NCBI GenBank assembly: GCA_045862955.1
Contig: BTVI01000042.1
Span: 1-24,971 of the forward strand
Source of the DNA: Fimbriimonadales bacterium
Lineage (GTDB): Bacteria; Armatimonadota; Fimbriimonadia; Fimbriimonadales; JABRVX01
Reading direction: 5' to 3'
DNA: 24,971 nucleotides
Shown: positions 1-8,656 of the stretch, piece by piece
Numbering within the stretch: the stretch's first letter is position 1
Layout of the letters: each line of letters starts with the position of its first letter
Position numbers and translations under genes: made by a program
Notes under the pieces: generated by a model
Databases searched by the model: none
Seen by the model: the letters and a program-made list of their open reading frames with translations, nothing else
Told to the model about the DNA's origin: nothing

Positions 1-1140
1 GGCAGGCGGGGTCATGCTTCGACAGGCTCAGCATGACGGTTTGGGACGCTGCGGGTGCGATGCCTCCTTCATTCCATGCCCCGGCCCGCGTCCGCCGCAT
101 TCCTCCAACCCGCCGCACACCACCAACCCAAGGACCGCGCCGGGGCCCGATGCCGCGCATGGACAGACGCCAACCAGACTTCCTCCCATGCCCCGACCCG
201 CGTCCGGCTACCTGCACCCTCTACGCGCACCGAGCGACCCCCAGGACCGCGCCGGGGCAATCGCAGCGAGAGGTTGCCTCCAGGCCCCGGCCCGCGTCCG
301 CCAACTAGCAGCGACCGACCGAATGCCTCGAACCTAAGGACCGCGCCGGGGGGAGAGTCGGGACACCCGTGTCGGTGCCACCATCCCCTCGCCGTCCCCA
401 TGATGGCGGGCTCCGGTGCAACGCCTGCGGCTGGCGGGGTCATGCTTCGACAGGCTCAGCATGACGGAGAGGGGTGTGGCGGGTAGGGGCCTGGCGGGCA
501 GCCGGTGTGGCGGGTAGGGGTGCGGCGGGAAAGGCTAGACGGGTAGGGGTGTTAGGTGTTGGCGTTGCTGGGTGTCGAGCCCGAACGATGTCATCGGAAG
601 CCGTCCAACGGTCGCAACTACTCCCGTCCTTCTGCGCCTCGTCATGCTGCGCCTGTCGAAGCATGAGGGAGACAGAGGCAAACGTACCTGCTGAACCGCA
701 AGGCGGGCGGCAGGCGGGGTCATGCTTCGACAGGCTCAGCATGACGGTTTGGGACGCTGCGGGTGCGGTACCTCCTTCCCAGTGACCCACCCGCTCACAG
801 TGGTGAGGGTTTGCATGCTTCGGTGTCAGCGCGAAGCGGCGATGCCGAGGCTGAGCCGGATGCTGCTCGGCCGGGGCCTGAGCGCACGCTCCATGCCCCG
901 GCCCGCGTCCGCCGGCCTGCACCCGCGAACCGCACCGAGCGACCCCGAGGACCGCGCCGTGGCCAGAGTCGGGACACCCGTGTCGGTGCCACCATCCCCT
1001 CGCCGTCCGCATGATGGCGGCCTCCGATGCAGCGCTTGCGGCTTGCGGTTGCATGCTTCGACAGGCTCAGCATGACGGTTTGCGAAGCTGCCGGTGCGGT
1101 ACCTCCTTCCCAGTGACCCACCCTCGCGCCGCGGTGAGCG
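1..1140. repeat. Modular non-coding repeat array containing five CGTC-type REP-like palindromes and longer duplicated segments
   Basis: The 27-nt hairpin GTCATGCT-TCGACAGGCTC-AGCATGAC occurs at 11-37, 439-465, 719-745, 1050-1076 (variant) and inverted at 641-667 (2 mismatches). Segment 1-59 is identical to 709-767, and 354-467 is about 90% identical to 965-1078. ORFs here are Pro/Arg/Gly-rich artefacts. Confidence 0.9.
75..963. repeat. 72-nt element, four copies: 20-nt left arm + 36-nt variable core + 16-nt right arm, arms being imperfect inverted repeats
   Basis: Copies at 75-146, 187-258, 281-352 and 892-963. Left arm consensus CATGCCCCGGCCCGCGTCCG, right arm consensus AGGACCGCGCCGGGGC. 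The core is exactly 36 nt in all four copies. Confidence 0.85.
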
Positions 1141-1209
1141 GAGTAGGTACCGACTGCTGAACGTTCAGGACCAGTGCCCCACTCGCTCGCAGTGGTGAGG
1201 GTGCCACGC

Positions 1210-1542
1210 TTCGATGTCGAGCGCGTCGCGGAGTTCGGACGCCCTGACGCCGAGCGGCTGCTTGGCGACGCGAGCATCATTCGCAATCGCAGAAAGATCG
1301 AAAATCGCAGAAAGACCGAATCCACCGTCGAAAACGCAAGGATCGTCCTAGGCTTGACGCAGGAGAGGGGTTCCTTAGCCAACTGACTGGATAGCCTGCC
1401 GCACGGCGACTTGACCAATTATCAGAGAGTGCCTCGACAGACCTTCCGTTTCTGCGGTCCGGAGATTACGCGGATGTTCGCGATGGGTTGTGGCGGTGTT
1501 CCGCCTCCGCACGACCCCCATTGCCACACGGGCTCACGGTAG
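1210..1542 (+). pseudogene. tag: DNA-3-methyladenine glycosylase I remnant (5'-truncated, internal stop, 18-nt duplication)
   Basis: The frame reads FDVERVAEFGRPDAERLLGDASIIRNRRKIE(NRRKTE)STVENARIVL...GSLAN*LDSL...[29 protein letters not shown]. This matches the Tag IIRNRxKI motif and C-terminal HxxxC Zn ligands. TGA at 1384-1386 sits where Trp is expected, and the N-terminal half is absent. Confidence 0.85.
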
Positions 1543-1570
1543 AATCTCACTGTACCGAAGGAGGTCGACG

Positions 1571-3277
1571 ATGACCGTCACGCAATCCGAGATGCTTCGC
1601 GAAATCCTGTCCGCTGAGAGCCCCATTCCCGTCCGCAGCCCGCGCGGCACCACGCGGAACGCCCGTGGGTGGGTGCAAGAGGCCGCTCTCCGCATGCTGC
1701 TCAACAACTTGGACCCAGAGGTGGCCGAACGCCCCCTGGACCTGGTGGTCTACGGTGGCATCGGCAAAGCCGCGCGCAACTGGGAGTGCCTGCGCCACAT
1801 CGTGCGCTGCCTGCTCGCGCTCGGCGACGACGAGACGCTGCTCGTGCAATCCGGCAAGCCTGTCGGTGTGCTCCCTAGCCATCCGGATGCGCCGCGTGTG
1901 CTGATAGCGAACAGCCTGTTAGTACCCGCCTGGGCGACGTGGGAGGTATTTCGCGAGCTGGACCGCAAGGGCCTGATCATGTATGGCCAGATGACGGCGG
2001 GCTCGTGGATATACATCGGTTCGCAGGGCATATTGCAGGGCACCTATGAGACATTCGCAGAGCTTGCACGCAAGCATTTCGATGGCTCGCTGGCGGGTCG
2101 GTTAGTGCTAACAGCCGGTCTAGGTGGCATGGGTGGTGCGCAGCCCCTCGCCGTCACCATGAATGGCGGCGTGGCCTTGTGCGTGGAGGTGGATCCTACC
2201 CGCATCGAGAGACGAATCCAGACCCGATACTGTGACATATGGACGGACAACCTAGACCAGGCACTCGCATGGGTGCGAGAGGCGGTCGAGCGCCAGGAAG
2301 CGAGGTCCATCGCACTGTTAGGCAATGCAGCCGAGGTGCACCCATGGCTGCTGCAACGCGGTGTAATACCGGACGTGGTGACCGACCAGACCTCTGCCCA
2401 CGATCCTCTCAACGGTTACATTGCTGCGGGCTACACGCTGGAGCAGGCGGCGCGGGCGCGAAAGGAGGCTCCCGAGCGTTACCTGGAAGACGTCTACCGC
2501 TCCATCTGCACACACGTTCGTACCATGCTGGAGTTCCAGCAGCGCGGCTCGGTGGTGTTCGACTACGGCAACAACATCCGCCAGGTGGCTAAGGACCACG
2601 GTGTGGCGCGGGCCTTCGACTTCCCCGGTTTCGTGCCAGCCTTCATCCGGCCACTTTTCTGCGTGGGGAAGGGGCCCTTCCGTTGGGCCGCCCTATCGGG
2701 CGATCCGCAGGACATCGCAACGATTGACGAAGCGATCCTGCAGCACTTTGCTCACGATGTGTCACTCTGTAGGTGGATCCGCATGGCAGCGGAGAGAGTG
2801 ACCTTCCAGGGGCTGCCCGCACGCATCTGTTGGCTTGGCTATGGCGACCGAAAGAAGCTGGGTCTCATCATTAATGATCTGGTTGCATCGGGGCAGGTGT
2901 CTGCGCCAGTGGTGATAGGTAGGGACCACCTGGACACTGGTAGCGTGGCATCGCCGAACCGTGAAACGGAGGGAATGAGGGACGGTTCGGATGCGATTGC
3001 CGACTGGGTGGCACTGAACGCACTGATCAACGCCGTCGGTGGTGCCAGCTGGGTGTCCGTGCACCACGGCGGAGGGGTAGGCATGGGATACTCGCTGCAT
3101 GCCGGAATGGTGATAGTTGCCGATGGTACCCCCGAAGCGGCACGCCGCCTCGGCCGCGTGCTAGATACCGATCCCGGCCTCGGGGTACTGCGCCATGCGG
3201 ATGCCGGCTACGAGGAGGCGATAGCAGCAGCCGAAAAGCACGGCCTGCGCATTCCGATGCGAGAGGAGATCGAGTGA
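1571..3277 (+). CDS. hutU: Urocanate hydratase
   Basis: Motifs [55 protein letters not shown]. Start moved to ATG 1571 behind the AAGGAGG RBS; a TAGAAT -10-like box lies at 1540-1545. Confidence 0.97.
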   Translation: MTVTQSEMLREILSAESPIPVRSPRGTTRNARGWVQEAALRMLLNNLDPEVAERPLDLVVYGGIGKAARNWECLRHIVRCLLALGDDETLLVQSGKPVGVLPSHPDAPRVLIANSLLVPAWATWEVFRELDRKGLIMYGQMTAGSWIYIGSQGILQGTYETFAELARKHFDGSLAGRLVLTAGLGGMGGAQPLAVTMNGGVALCVEVDPTRIERRIQTRYCDIWTDNLDQALAWVREAVERQEARSIALLGNAAEVHPWLLQRGVIPDVVTDQTSAHDPLNGYIAAGYTLEQAARARKEAPERYLEDVYRSICTHVRTMLEFQQRGSVVFDYGNNIRQVAKDHGVARAFDFPGFVPAFIRPLFCVGKGPFRWAALSGDPQDIATIDEAILQHFAHDVSLCRWIRMAAERVTFQGLPARICWLGYGDRKKLGLIINDLVASGQVSAPVVIGRDHLDTGSVASPNRETEGMRDGSDAIADWVALNALINAVGGASWVSVHHGGGVGMGYSLHAGMVIVADGTPEAARRLGRVLDTDPGLGVLRHADAGYEEAIAAAEKHGLRIPMREEIE

Positions 3278-4560
3278 CTAAGGGTGACCTGCTCTTGACG
3301 GAAATCGGAGAGCTATGGACTTGTGCCGGGCCCACACCACTGAGGGGGGCGTCGCTCTCTGGCCTAACCAAGTCCGACGCAGATGCGATCGCCATTGTAG
3401 ATGGCAAGGTCGAAGCCGTGGGGCGGACCGACGACCTCGTGAACCGCTTCGACCTTCCCGAGTTCCCTGTGGCGGGCCGGCTCGTGACACCGGGCCTGAT
3501 CGACCCCCACACCCATGCCGTGTTCGCCGGCGACAGGGGCGACGAGTTCGCGATGCGCTGTGCGGGTGCAAGTTACTCCGAGATCGCCGCAGCGGGCGGA
3601 GGGATCCGAAGAACGGTCGAGCAGACGCGCCAGGCTCCATTCGAAGAGCTTCTAGAAACCGCACTCGTCCGGCTCGAGGCCATGCTCATGACCGGCACTA
3701 CCACCGTCGAGATCAAGACGGGCTACGGGCTAAACCGTGAGGCCGAGCAGAAGATGCTGGATGTGATCTGCGCGCTCTCGAAGGAGGCTCCGGTCGAGGT
3801 GATCCCCACCTTCATGGGTGCACATATGCCCGATCCGGACCGAGATGCAGACAGCTATGTGAAGGATCTGGTCGAAAACTTGATCCCAATGGCCGCGCAG
3901 CATCCAGCGGCTCCCCGCTTCAACGATGTGTTCTGCGACGAAGGCGCTTTCGACCTGGACCAGACGCGCGCCATTCTCGAGGCCGGACAGCAGTACTTTC
4001 TCCAGCCCAAGGTTCACGCCGAGGAGTTCGTGCACACCGGTGCCGCGCGTCTTGCCGTGGAACTGGGAGCTGCAAGCGCCGAGCACCTGCTGCAGGCGAG
4101 GGATGAAGACATCCAGGCACTAGCCGCCTCCAACACCGTCGCCGTGCTTCTCCCCGGCACCTCCTTCTACCTGAACCTACCGCAATCTGCACCCGCCCGC
4201 AGAATGATCGAGGCGGGGTGTATCGTCGCACTAGGCTCGGACTTCAACCCGGGCTCCTGCAACATCTCGTCTATGCACTTCGTCATGGGCCTCGCCTGCC
4301 TCCAGATGGGGCTCTCGCCCGCAGAGGCACTCGGAGCCGCCACCGTGAACGCAGCCGCTGCCCTCGGACTAGAGGCCACCCACGGGCAGTTAGCAGCAGG
4401 GTATTGGGGAGACGTCGTAGTCTGGGAGTGTTACAGCTTGAGCGAGATGATCGGCCGATTCGCGCGGCCTGTCCCTGCGATCGTCGTCAAGCGCGGCAGT
4501 TTCGTGTTTCCCGACCTGGACACCGTGGAAGCGATCACCGGCTCGAGGCAATCCCGGTAG
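3274..4560 (+). CDS. hutI: Imidazolonepropionase
   Basis: Amidohydrolase motifs [47 protein letters not shown]. The GTG start overlaps the hutU stop (GTGA). Confidence 0.96.
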   Translation: MTKGDLLLTEIGELWTCAGPTPLRGASLSGLTKSDADAIAIVDGKVEAVGRTDDLVNRFDLPEFPVAGRLVTPGLIDPHTHAVFAGDRGDEFAMRCAGASYSEIAAAGGGIRRTVEQTRQAPFEELLETALVRLEAMLMTGTTTVEIKTGYGLNREAEQKMLDVICALSKEAPVEVIPTFMGAHMPDPDRDADSYVKDLVENLIPMAAQHPAAPRFNDVFCDEGAFDLDQTRAILEAGQQYFLQPKVHAEEFVHTGAARLAVELGAASAEHLLQARDEDIQALAASNTVAVLLPGTSFYLNLPQSAPARRMIEAGCIVALGSDFNPGSCNISSMHFVMGLACLQMGLSPAEALGAATVNAAAALGLEATHGQLAAGYWGDVVVWECYSLSEMIGRFARPVPAIVVKRGSFVFPDLDTVEAITGSRQSR

Positions 4561-5524
4561 CGTATTGCTGACACATCAGCGCCGCCAGCCGCACCGCCGT
4601 TCCGTCGTCCAGTGGGGGCGAAACCTCGTAGATTCCCAGAGTGCGGATCCTCTTGTCGCGCCCACTGAGGAAGGCAATCGCCGAAGCATCGGCCGCCGAA
4701 AGTCCCACTGGACTGGGCGCGCTCACACCGTGCGCATCAGCCATACGCACCGAATCCATGTCGAAACTAACGCCTATAGTGTGAGCCCACTTGCCTAGCG
4801 AGTCGAGCGATTTCGCGAATGCCTGCACATGACCAGTCGGACCGGACTCCTCCAGCATGACGATCGTTGCGCCACGTTGCTCGAGATAGCGTCGGTGCGC
4901 GTGCGATGTGGAGTGATACTGAACGCCGAACTCTACCAACTCGTGCCCTCGAAAGCGTTCGTCCCCTTTCTCCAGCAGCCTCCAGAATGCGGTACCACTG
5001 TTGATACCCTCCACGACGGGGCGCACGTCGAAGTGCGCATCGACATTAACGATCCCTACCCGCTTCTGATGCTTGCAGCAGTCTATCAATCCGGCAAAGT
5101 GTGGATATGCGATGTCGTGCCCACCTCCCAATAGCAGGACCCGCGCCGAAGTGTTAGCAAAGAGCCACTTGACAATGTTCTCGACCCGTAGGTGCGTCTC
5201 TTCGATGGTATCTAGCAGTCGGACATCACCCACGTCAGCGATATGGAACCTTCCGAGCTGGTTCCTGTCGCCCAGCGTCATGCGGAACCACGCGCGCCGG
5301 ATCTCCGAGGGCCCACGGTTAGCACCGGGACGCCCTCCGATAGCTACCACGGCCCGATCGTCGGGCACGCCTAACACTATCAAGTCGGTCTCGTGCTCTC
5401 CGAGCTGTTCTAGGGTACTCACGCGAACGACTTCTCCGATGCGCCAGTCGTCCTTGTCCTGCCTTCCGTACAAAAGCGCCGGTGAAATGGGCTGAAGGCC
5501 CTGCTGCAACACGCCAACGGTCAT
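4535..5524 (-). CDS. hutG: Formimidoylglutamase (arginase family)
   Basis: GRPGA..GP, GGGHDIAY, NVDAHFD, SGTAF, DMDSV, APSPVG, YEVSP motifs. ATGA overlap with the hutH stop. Confidence 0.9.
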   Translation of the reverse strand: MTVGVLQQGLQPISPALLYGRQDKDDWRIGEVVRVSTLEQLGEHETDLIVLGVPDDRAVVAIGGRPGANRGPSEIRRAWFRMTLGDRNQLGRFHIADVGDVRLLDTIEETHLRVENIVKWLFANTSARVLLLGGGHDIAYPHFAGLIDCCKHQKRVGIVNVDAHFDVRPVVEGINSGTAFWRLLEKGDERFRGHELVEFGVQYHSTSHAHRRYLEQRGATIVMLEESGPTGHVQAFAKSLDSLGKWAHTIGVSFDMDSVRMADAHGVSAPSPVGLSAADASAIAFLSGRDKRIRTLGIYEVSPPLDDGTAVRLAALMCQQYATGIASSR

Positions 5525-7068
5525 GCTAGTTCTCCCATCTTCTCTTCTACGTGTCTCACCAACTCGCCGCTGCGCACGGCCCTGCTCACACGCTCGATGT
5601 CCTCACTCGGCGAGCGGTCTCCCGCACGGTGCGGGGCAAGGCTTTCTATGGCTTCCTGAGCCGCGGCAGTGCCGTCGCCGGGCTGGATCCCTCGTTCTTC
5701 CATTCGAAGCCTCACGGCTCTCGCTCCAGCCAAGAGTTCTACCGCAACGATGCGCGACAGGTTGCCAACCACGTAATCGAGCCGCCTAGCCGAAGTAGCG
5801 CCCATGGACACATGATCCTCTTGGTTCGCGCCGGTCGGAATCGTGTCCGCCGAGGGCGGAAACGCCAGCGATTTGTTCTCCGACGCGAGCGCGGCTGCCG
5901 TGTAGTGCGCGAGCATTAGCCCCGACTCCACCCCGGGGTCCGAAGCCAAGAAAGCCGGTAGACCCCTAGATAACGTCGGGTTGAGCAGGCGCTCCGTGCG
6001 CCTTTCCGAGATGTTGCCCAACTCGACCAAGCCCAGCGTTAGATAGTCGAGCACCAGTGCGCACGGCTCGCCGTGGAAGTTGCCCGCTGAAACGAACTGC
6101 CCCCCGACCCACACCGGGTTGTCGGTAACCGCATTTAGCTCCACCTCGAGCACCTGAGCGGCGTGCATCCATGCCTGTCGCACTGCGCCGTGCACCTGGG
6201 GCACGCACCGTACGCTGTAGGCGTCTTGGACCTCTCCGCAGTTCTCGTGCGAGCGCATTAGGCCGCTGCCCTCGACGAGTCTTCTCACGTTCGACGCCGT
6301 CTGCAGTGCGCCCGGATGCGGCCGCAACGCCAACACCTCTTCCGAATACGGTCGTATGGAGCTGAGCGACGCCTCCACATGCAGTGCTGCCGCGATGTCC
6401 GCCGAGGTCACGAGGTTGGCAGCCTCACGAGCTGCGAGCGCACCCACGGCGGTGAGGAAGTGTGTGCCGTTGATCAGCGAGAGCCCGTCCTTGGGGCCGA
6501 GAGCTACAGGGCTGAGCCCGGCCTTGGATAGAGCCTCGCGAGCCGACATCCGCTCGCCACCGAACTCCACATCGCCTTCCCCGATGAGACAGAGGGCAAC
6601 GTGTGCGAGTGGCGCAAGGTCCCCACTCGCCCCGAGCGAACCCTGACTTGGCACCAGCGGGTGGATGGATTTGTTCAAAAAATCAATTAAAAGTTGAACA
6701 ATACTCGCGGCGCACCCGGACCTCCCGTGTGCGAGAGAGTTCACGGTCAGGGCCATCGCAGCTCGCACTTGACGTGTAGAGAAGGGCGGGCCGACTCCGG
6801 CTGCATGACTCCGTACGAGGTTCAGCTGGAGCTCTGCAAGCCTGCCGGATTCCACGCGCCGATCCCGAAGCGGTCCGAAACCCGTATTGACGCCGTACAC
6901 CGCTTCTGAGCCACCCGCCGCCTGCATCACTGCAGCGCGCGCAACCTCGATTCGCTCCAGTGCGGCCGGTGAAAGTCGTACGTGCCGACCCTCTGCCACG
7001 TCGGCTAGGGCACCGAGGGTAAGCCCGGCACCATCCAGTTCCAGCGGCTCGACCGACGGGTACGACAT
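5521..7068 (-). CDS. hutH: Histidine ammonia-lyase
   Basis: VYGVNTGFG, RSH (His-type specificity residues), MIO-forming GASGDLAPL, QDAYSVRC, GNFHG, ANQEDHVSMG. Confidence 0.97.
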   Translation of the reverse strand: MSYPSVEPLELDGAGLTLGALADVAEGRHVRLSPAALERIEVARAAVMQAAGGSEAVYGVNTGFGPLRDRRVESGRLAELQLNLVRSHAAGVGPPFSTRQVRAAMALTVNSLAHGRSGCAASIVQLLIDFLNKSIHPLVPSQGSLGASGDLAPLAHVALCLIGEGDVEFGGERMSAREALSKAGLSPVALGPKDGLSLINGTHFLTAVGALAAREAANLVTSADIAAALHVEASLSSIRPYSEEVLALRPHPGALQTASNVRRLVEGSGLMRSHENCGEVQDAYSVRCVPQVHGAVRQAWMHAAQVLEVELNAVTDNPVWVGGQFVSAGNFHGEPCALVLDYLTLGLVELGNISERRTERLLNPTLSRGLPAFLASDPGVESGLMLAHYTAAALASENKSLAFPPSADTIPTGANQEDHVSMGATSARRLDYVVGNLSRIVAVELLAGARAVRLRMEERGIQPGDGTAAAQEAIESLAPHRAGDRSPSEDIERVSRAVRSGELVRHVEEKMGELA

Positions 7069-7119
7069 GCCTCTCAGTTCACCATGCTGCAGTCTCTGTC
7101 CTGCAGCCGAGCAAGTGAG

Positions 7120-7146
7120 CGGCCCCTCGCGCGAGGCGAGGGGCCG
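7120..7146 (-). terminator. GC-rich hairpin (terminator/attenuator candidate) upstream of hutH
   Basis: Perfect 11-bp stem CGGCCCCTCGC (7120-7130) / GCGAGGGGCCG (7136-7146) with a 5-nt loop. The U-tail on the minus strand is weak (CUCACUU). Confidence 0.5.
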
Positions 7147-7340
7147 GATGGAGGAGCCGGTAGGGCAGGGACCGGGACGGTGACACTACTCGCGCGCCTT
7201 AGCCCGAGCGGATACGGCTCCCCGATAAGCGGAGGTCACGGGCATACCATGCGAGGATGCGGTGCAGGTCGCACCAGAAAACGGCCACTCCCAAACTAAT
7301 GCAACAATCCTCGCGTGGCGAGTCCCAGCGAGTTCCTCCC
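7147..7340 (-). ncRNA. Structured ~190-nt RNA candidate (6S-RNA-like rod or hutHG leader)
   Basis: It lies between a consensus-like promoter and a strong hairpin. The 5' GGAGGA pairs with the 3' UCCUCC. Several long helices pair only on the minus strand (G-U pairs). There is no credible ORF. Folding was done by eye. Confidence 0.5.
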
Positions 7341-7346
7341 GTCCAC

Positions 7347-7375
7347 ATTCTAACGCAGGGTTGCGAACTGGGCAA
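7347..7375 (-). promoter_or_regulatory. sigma70-type promoter TTGCCC-N17-TAGAAT
   Basis: -35 at 7375-7370, -10 at 7352-7347, exact 17-nt spacer. Predicted TSS about 7340. Confidence 0.7.
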
Positions 7376-7401
7376 GCGGCGCAGCCCCTGTTCCGGCATT
7401 C

Positions 7402-7578
7402 TTACCGGACAGGCCGCCGATGGGAGAAGACCACGAAGAGCACTACCCCCGCAAGCAGCGCTTTGAAGCCGTGTCGGAACAGCGCGAAGCTCCACGGTTG
7501 GCAGAGGGCTACGATGCCCACGATAATCATCGCGAGTGCGAGCGCCTCCATCCACTGAGCGAAACGTCCGCTGAGCAT
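7402..7578 (-). CDS. 58-aa two-TM small membrane protein, last gene of the ABC operon (not in the ORF track)
   Basis: MLSGRFAQWMEALALAMIIVGIVALCQPWSFALFRHGFKALLAGVVLFVVFSHRRPVR*. The ATG lies 2 nt after the ATPase stop; there are two hydrophobic helices and a basic C-tail. Confidence 0.8.
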   Translation of the reverse strand: MLSGRFAQWMEALALAMIIVGIVALCQPWSFALFRHGFKALLAGVVLFVVFSHRRPVR

Positions 7579-7580
7579 CT

Positions 7581-8654
7581 CTAAAAAAACGCCTCTTGCG
7601 TAGTCGGATCGAAGATATGTGCCCGCTCGAGGTCCACCCTCGCGTAGACCGGTTGGCCCGGCTTGACCGAGAACGTGGGGGGCGTCCGGGCCTTGAGCAG
7701 GTGCCCCGCAAGTCGGACGTCAACGATGTTCTCCGATCCGAGCGGCTCCACGACGTACACCTCGCCTTCCAAGAACTCCGCTGCCGGCTTCGTGGAAAGG
7801 GCGACGTCTTCGGGCCGCGCACCCAGCACGAGGTCAATCTCCCTCGGCACGTCCCGAAAACGTGAGGACACGAGGGGCATCGCCACTTCGCCGGAAAGTA
7901 TGAGTCGGCCGTCAACTACGCGGCAGGGAATCATGTTCATCGCGGGGCTACCGATGAACCCGGCCACGAACATATCGCGAGGATGGTCGTACACCTCGCC
8001 GGGCGTCCCATACTGAAGCAGACGCCCCTCATTAATAACCGCAACGCGGTCGCCCATGGACATCGCTTCCACCTGGTCATGGGTCACATACACCGTTGTC
8101 GCTTGCTGATCCGCCTGCAGTCTCTTCAGCTCGGCTCGCATCTCCATCCTCAGCTTCGCGTCTAGGTTCGTCAGCGGCTCATCCATCAGGAACACCTTGG
8201 GTTGCCGCACCATCGCTCGGCCGATAGCTACCCGCTGCATCTCGCCGCCGGAGATCTTGCCCGGCCGCCTGTCCAGGAGGTGTTCAATGTGCAAGATTCG
8301 GGCAACTTCTTGTACTCTTCTGGCGATCACGTCCTTGGGCGTTCGCGTGGCCCGAAGCGGAAATGCAAGGTTGTCGAAGACCGTGAGGTGCGGGTACAGC
8401 GCATATTGCTGGAAAACGAACGCGATGTCCCGCATGGCGGGCGGCAGCTTGGTCACCACGTCGTCGCCGATGCGAATCTCGCCACCGTCTGGGATCTCGA
8501 GACCCGCGATGCAACGCAGTGTGGTTGTCTTGCCGCATCCCGACGGTCCGAGAAACACCACGAACTCGCCATCGTTTACCGTGAGCGACAGGTCCCGCAC
8601 AGCTACCACATCGTCGAACCTTTTTGTCAGGTGCTCGACCCGAACTTTCGCCAT
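7581..8654 (-). CDS. CUT1/MalK-family ABC transporter ATP-binding protein
   Basis: Walker A GPSGCGKT, signature ISGGEMQR, Walker B FLMDEP, H-loop YVTHD, C-terminal TOBE-like region. Start set at ATG 8654 (MAKVRV) behind AGAGGT. Confidence 0.95.
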   Translation of the reverse strand: MAKVRVEHLTKRFDDVVAVRDLSLTVNDGEFVVFLGPSGCGKTTTLRCIAGLEIPDGGEIRIGDDVVTKLPPAMRDIAFVFQQYALYPHLTVFDNLAFPLRATRTPKDVIARRVQEVARILHIEHLLDRRPGKISGGEMQRVAIGRAMVRQPKVFLMDEPLTNLDAKLRMEMRAELKRLQADQQATTVYVTHDQVEAMSMGDRVAVINEGRLLQYGTPGEVYDHPRDMFVAGFIGSPAMNMIPCRVVDGRLILSGEVAMPLVSSRFRDVPREIDLVLGARPEDVALSTKPAAEFLEGEVYVVEPLGSENIVDVRLAGHLLKARTPPTFSVKPGQPVYARVDLERAHIFDPTTQEAFF

Positions 8655-8656
8655 CG

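Noticed and set aside
75..352. CRISPR array (constant 36-nt spacers between repeats)
   Set aside because: Two alternating different arms, irregular inter-unit gaps, cores homologous to each other, and no cas genes or AT-rich leader in the window.
14..1075. Many ORFs in the left repeat array (e.g. MLRQAQHD...)
   Set aside because: Start codons come from the palindrome, all frames are open because of GC content, and one 72-nt copy has a stop in the shared minus-strand frame.
1384..1386. TGA recoding (Trp or Sec) in tag
   Set aside because: TGA is a normal stop in hutU, hutI-adjacent hutG, murA and others here, and the gene has other lesions (5' truncation, duplication).
1490..1570. N-terminal extensions in the ORF track (hutU 1490, ATPase 8771, RND 18821, vWA 21859)
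   Set aside because: They overlap neighbouring genes or the pseudogene. The downstream starts have an RBS or translational coupling and match the family N-termini.
7147..7225. tRNA/tmRNA-like GGGGAGC...GCUCCUCCA ends
   Set aside because: No T-loop (GTTCRA), no cloverleaf and no tmRNA tag. SRP and RNase P signature motifs are also absent.
7186..7245. Leader peptide MPVTSAYRGAVSARAKARE upstream of hutH
   Set aside because: No His codons and no clear RBS, so it does not fit a His-sensing ribosomal attenuator.
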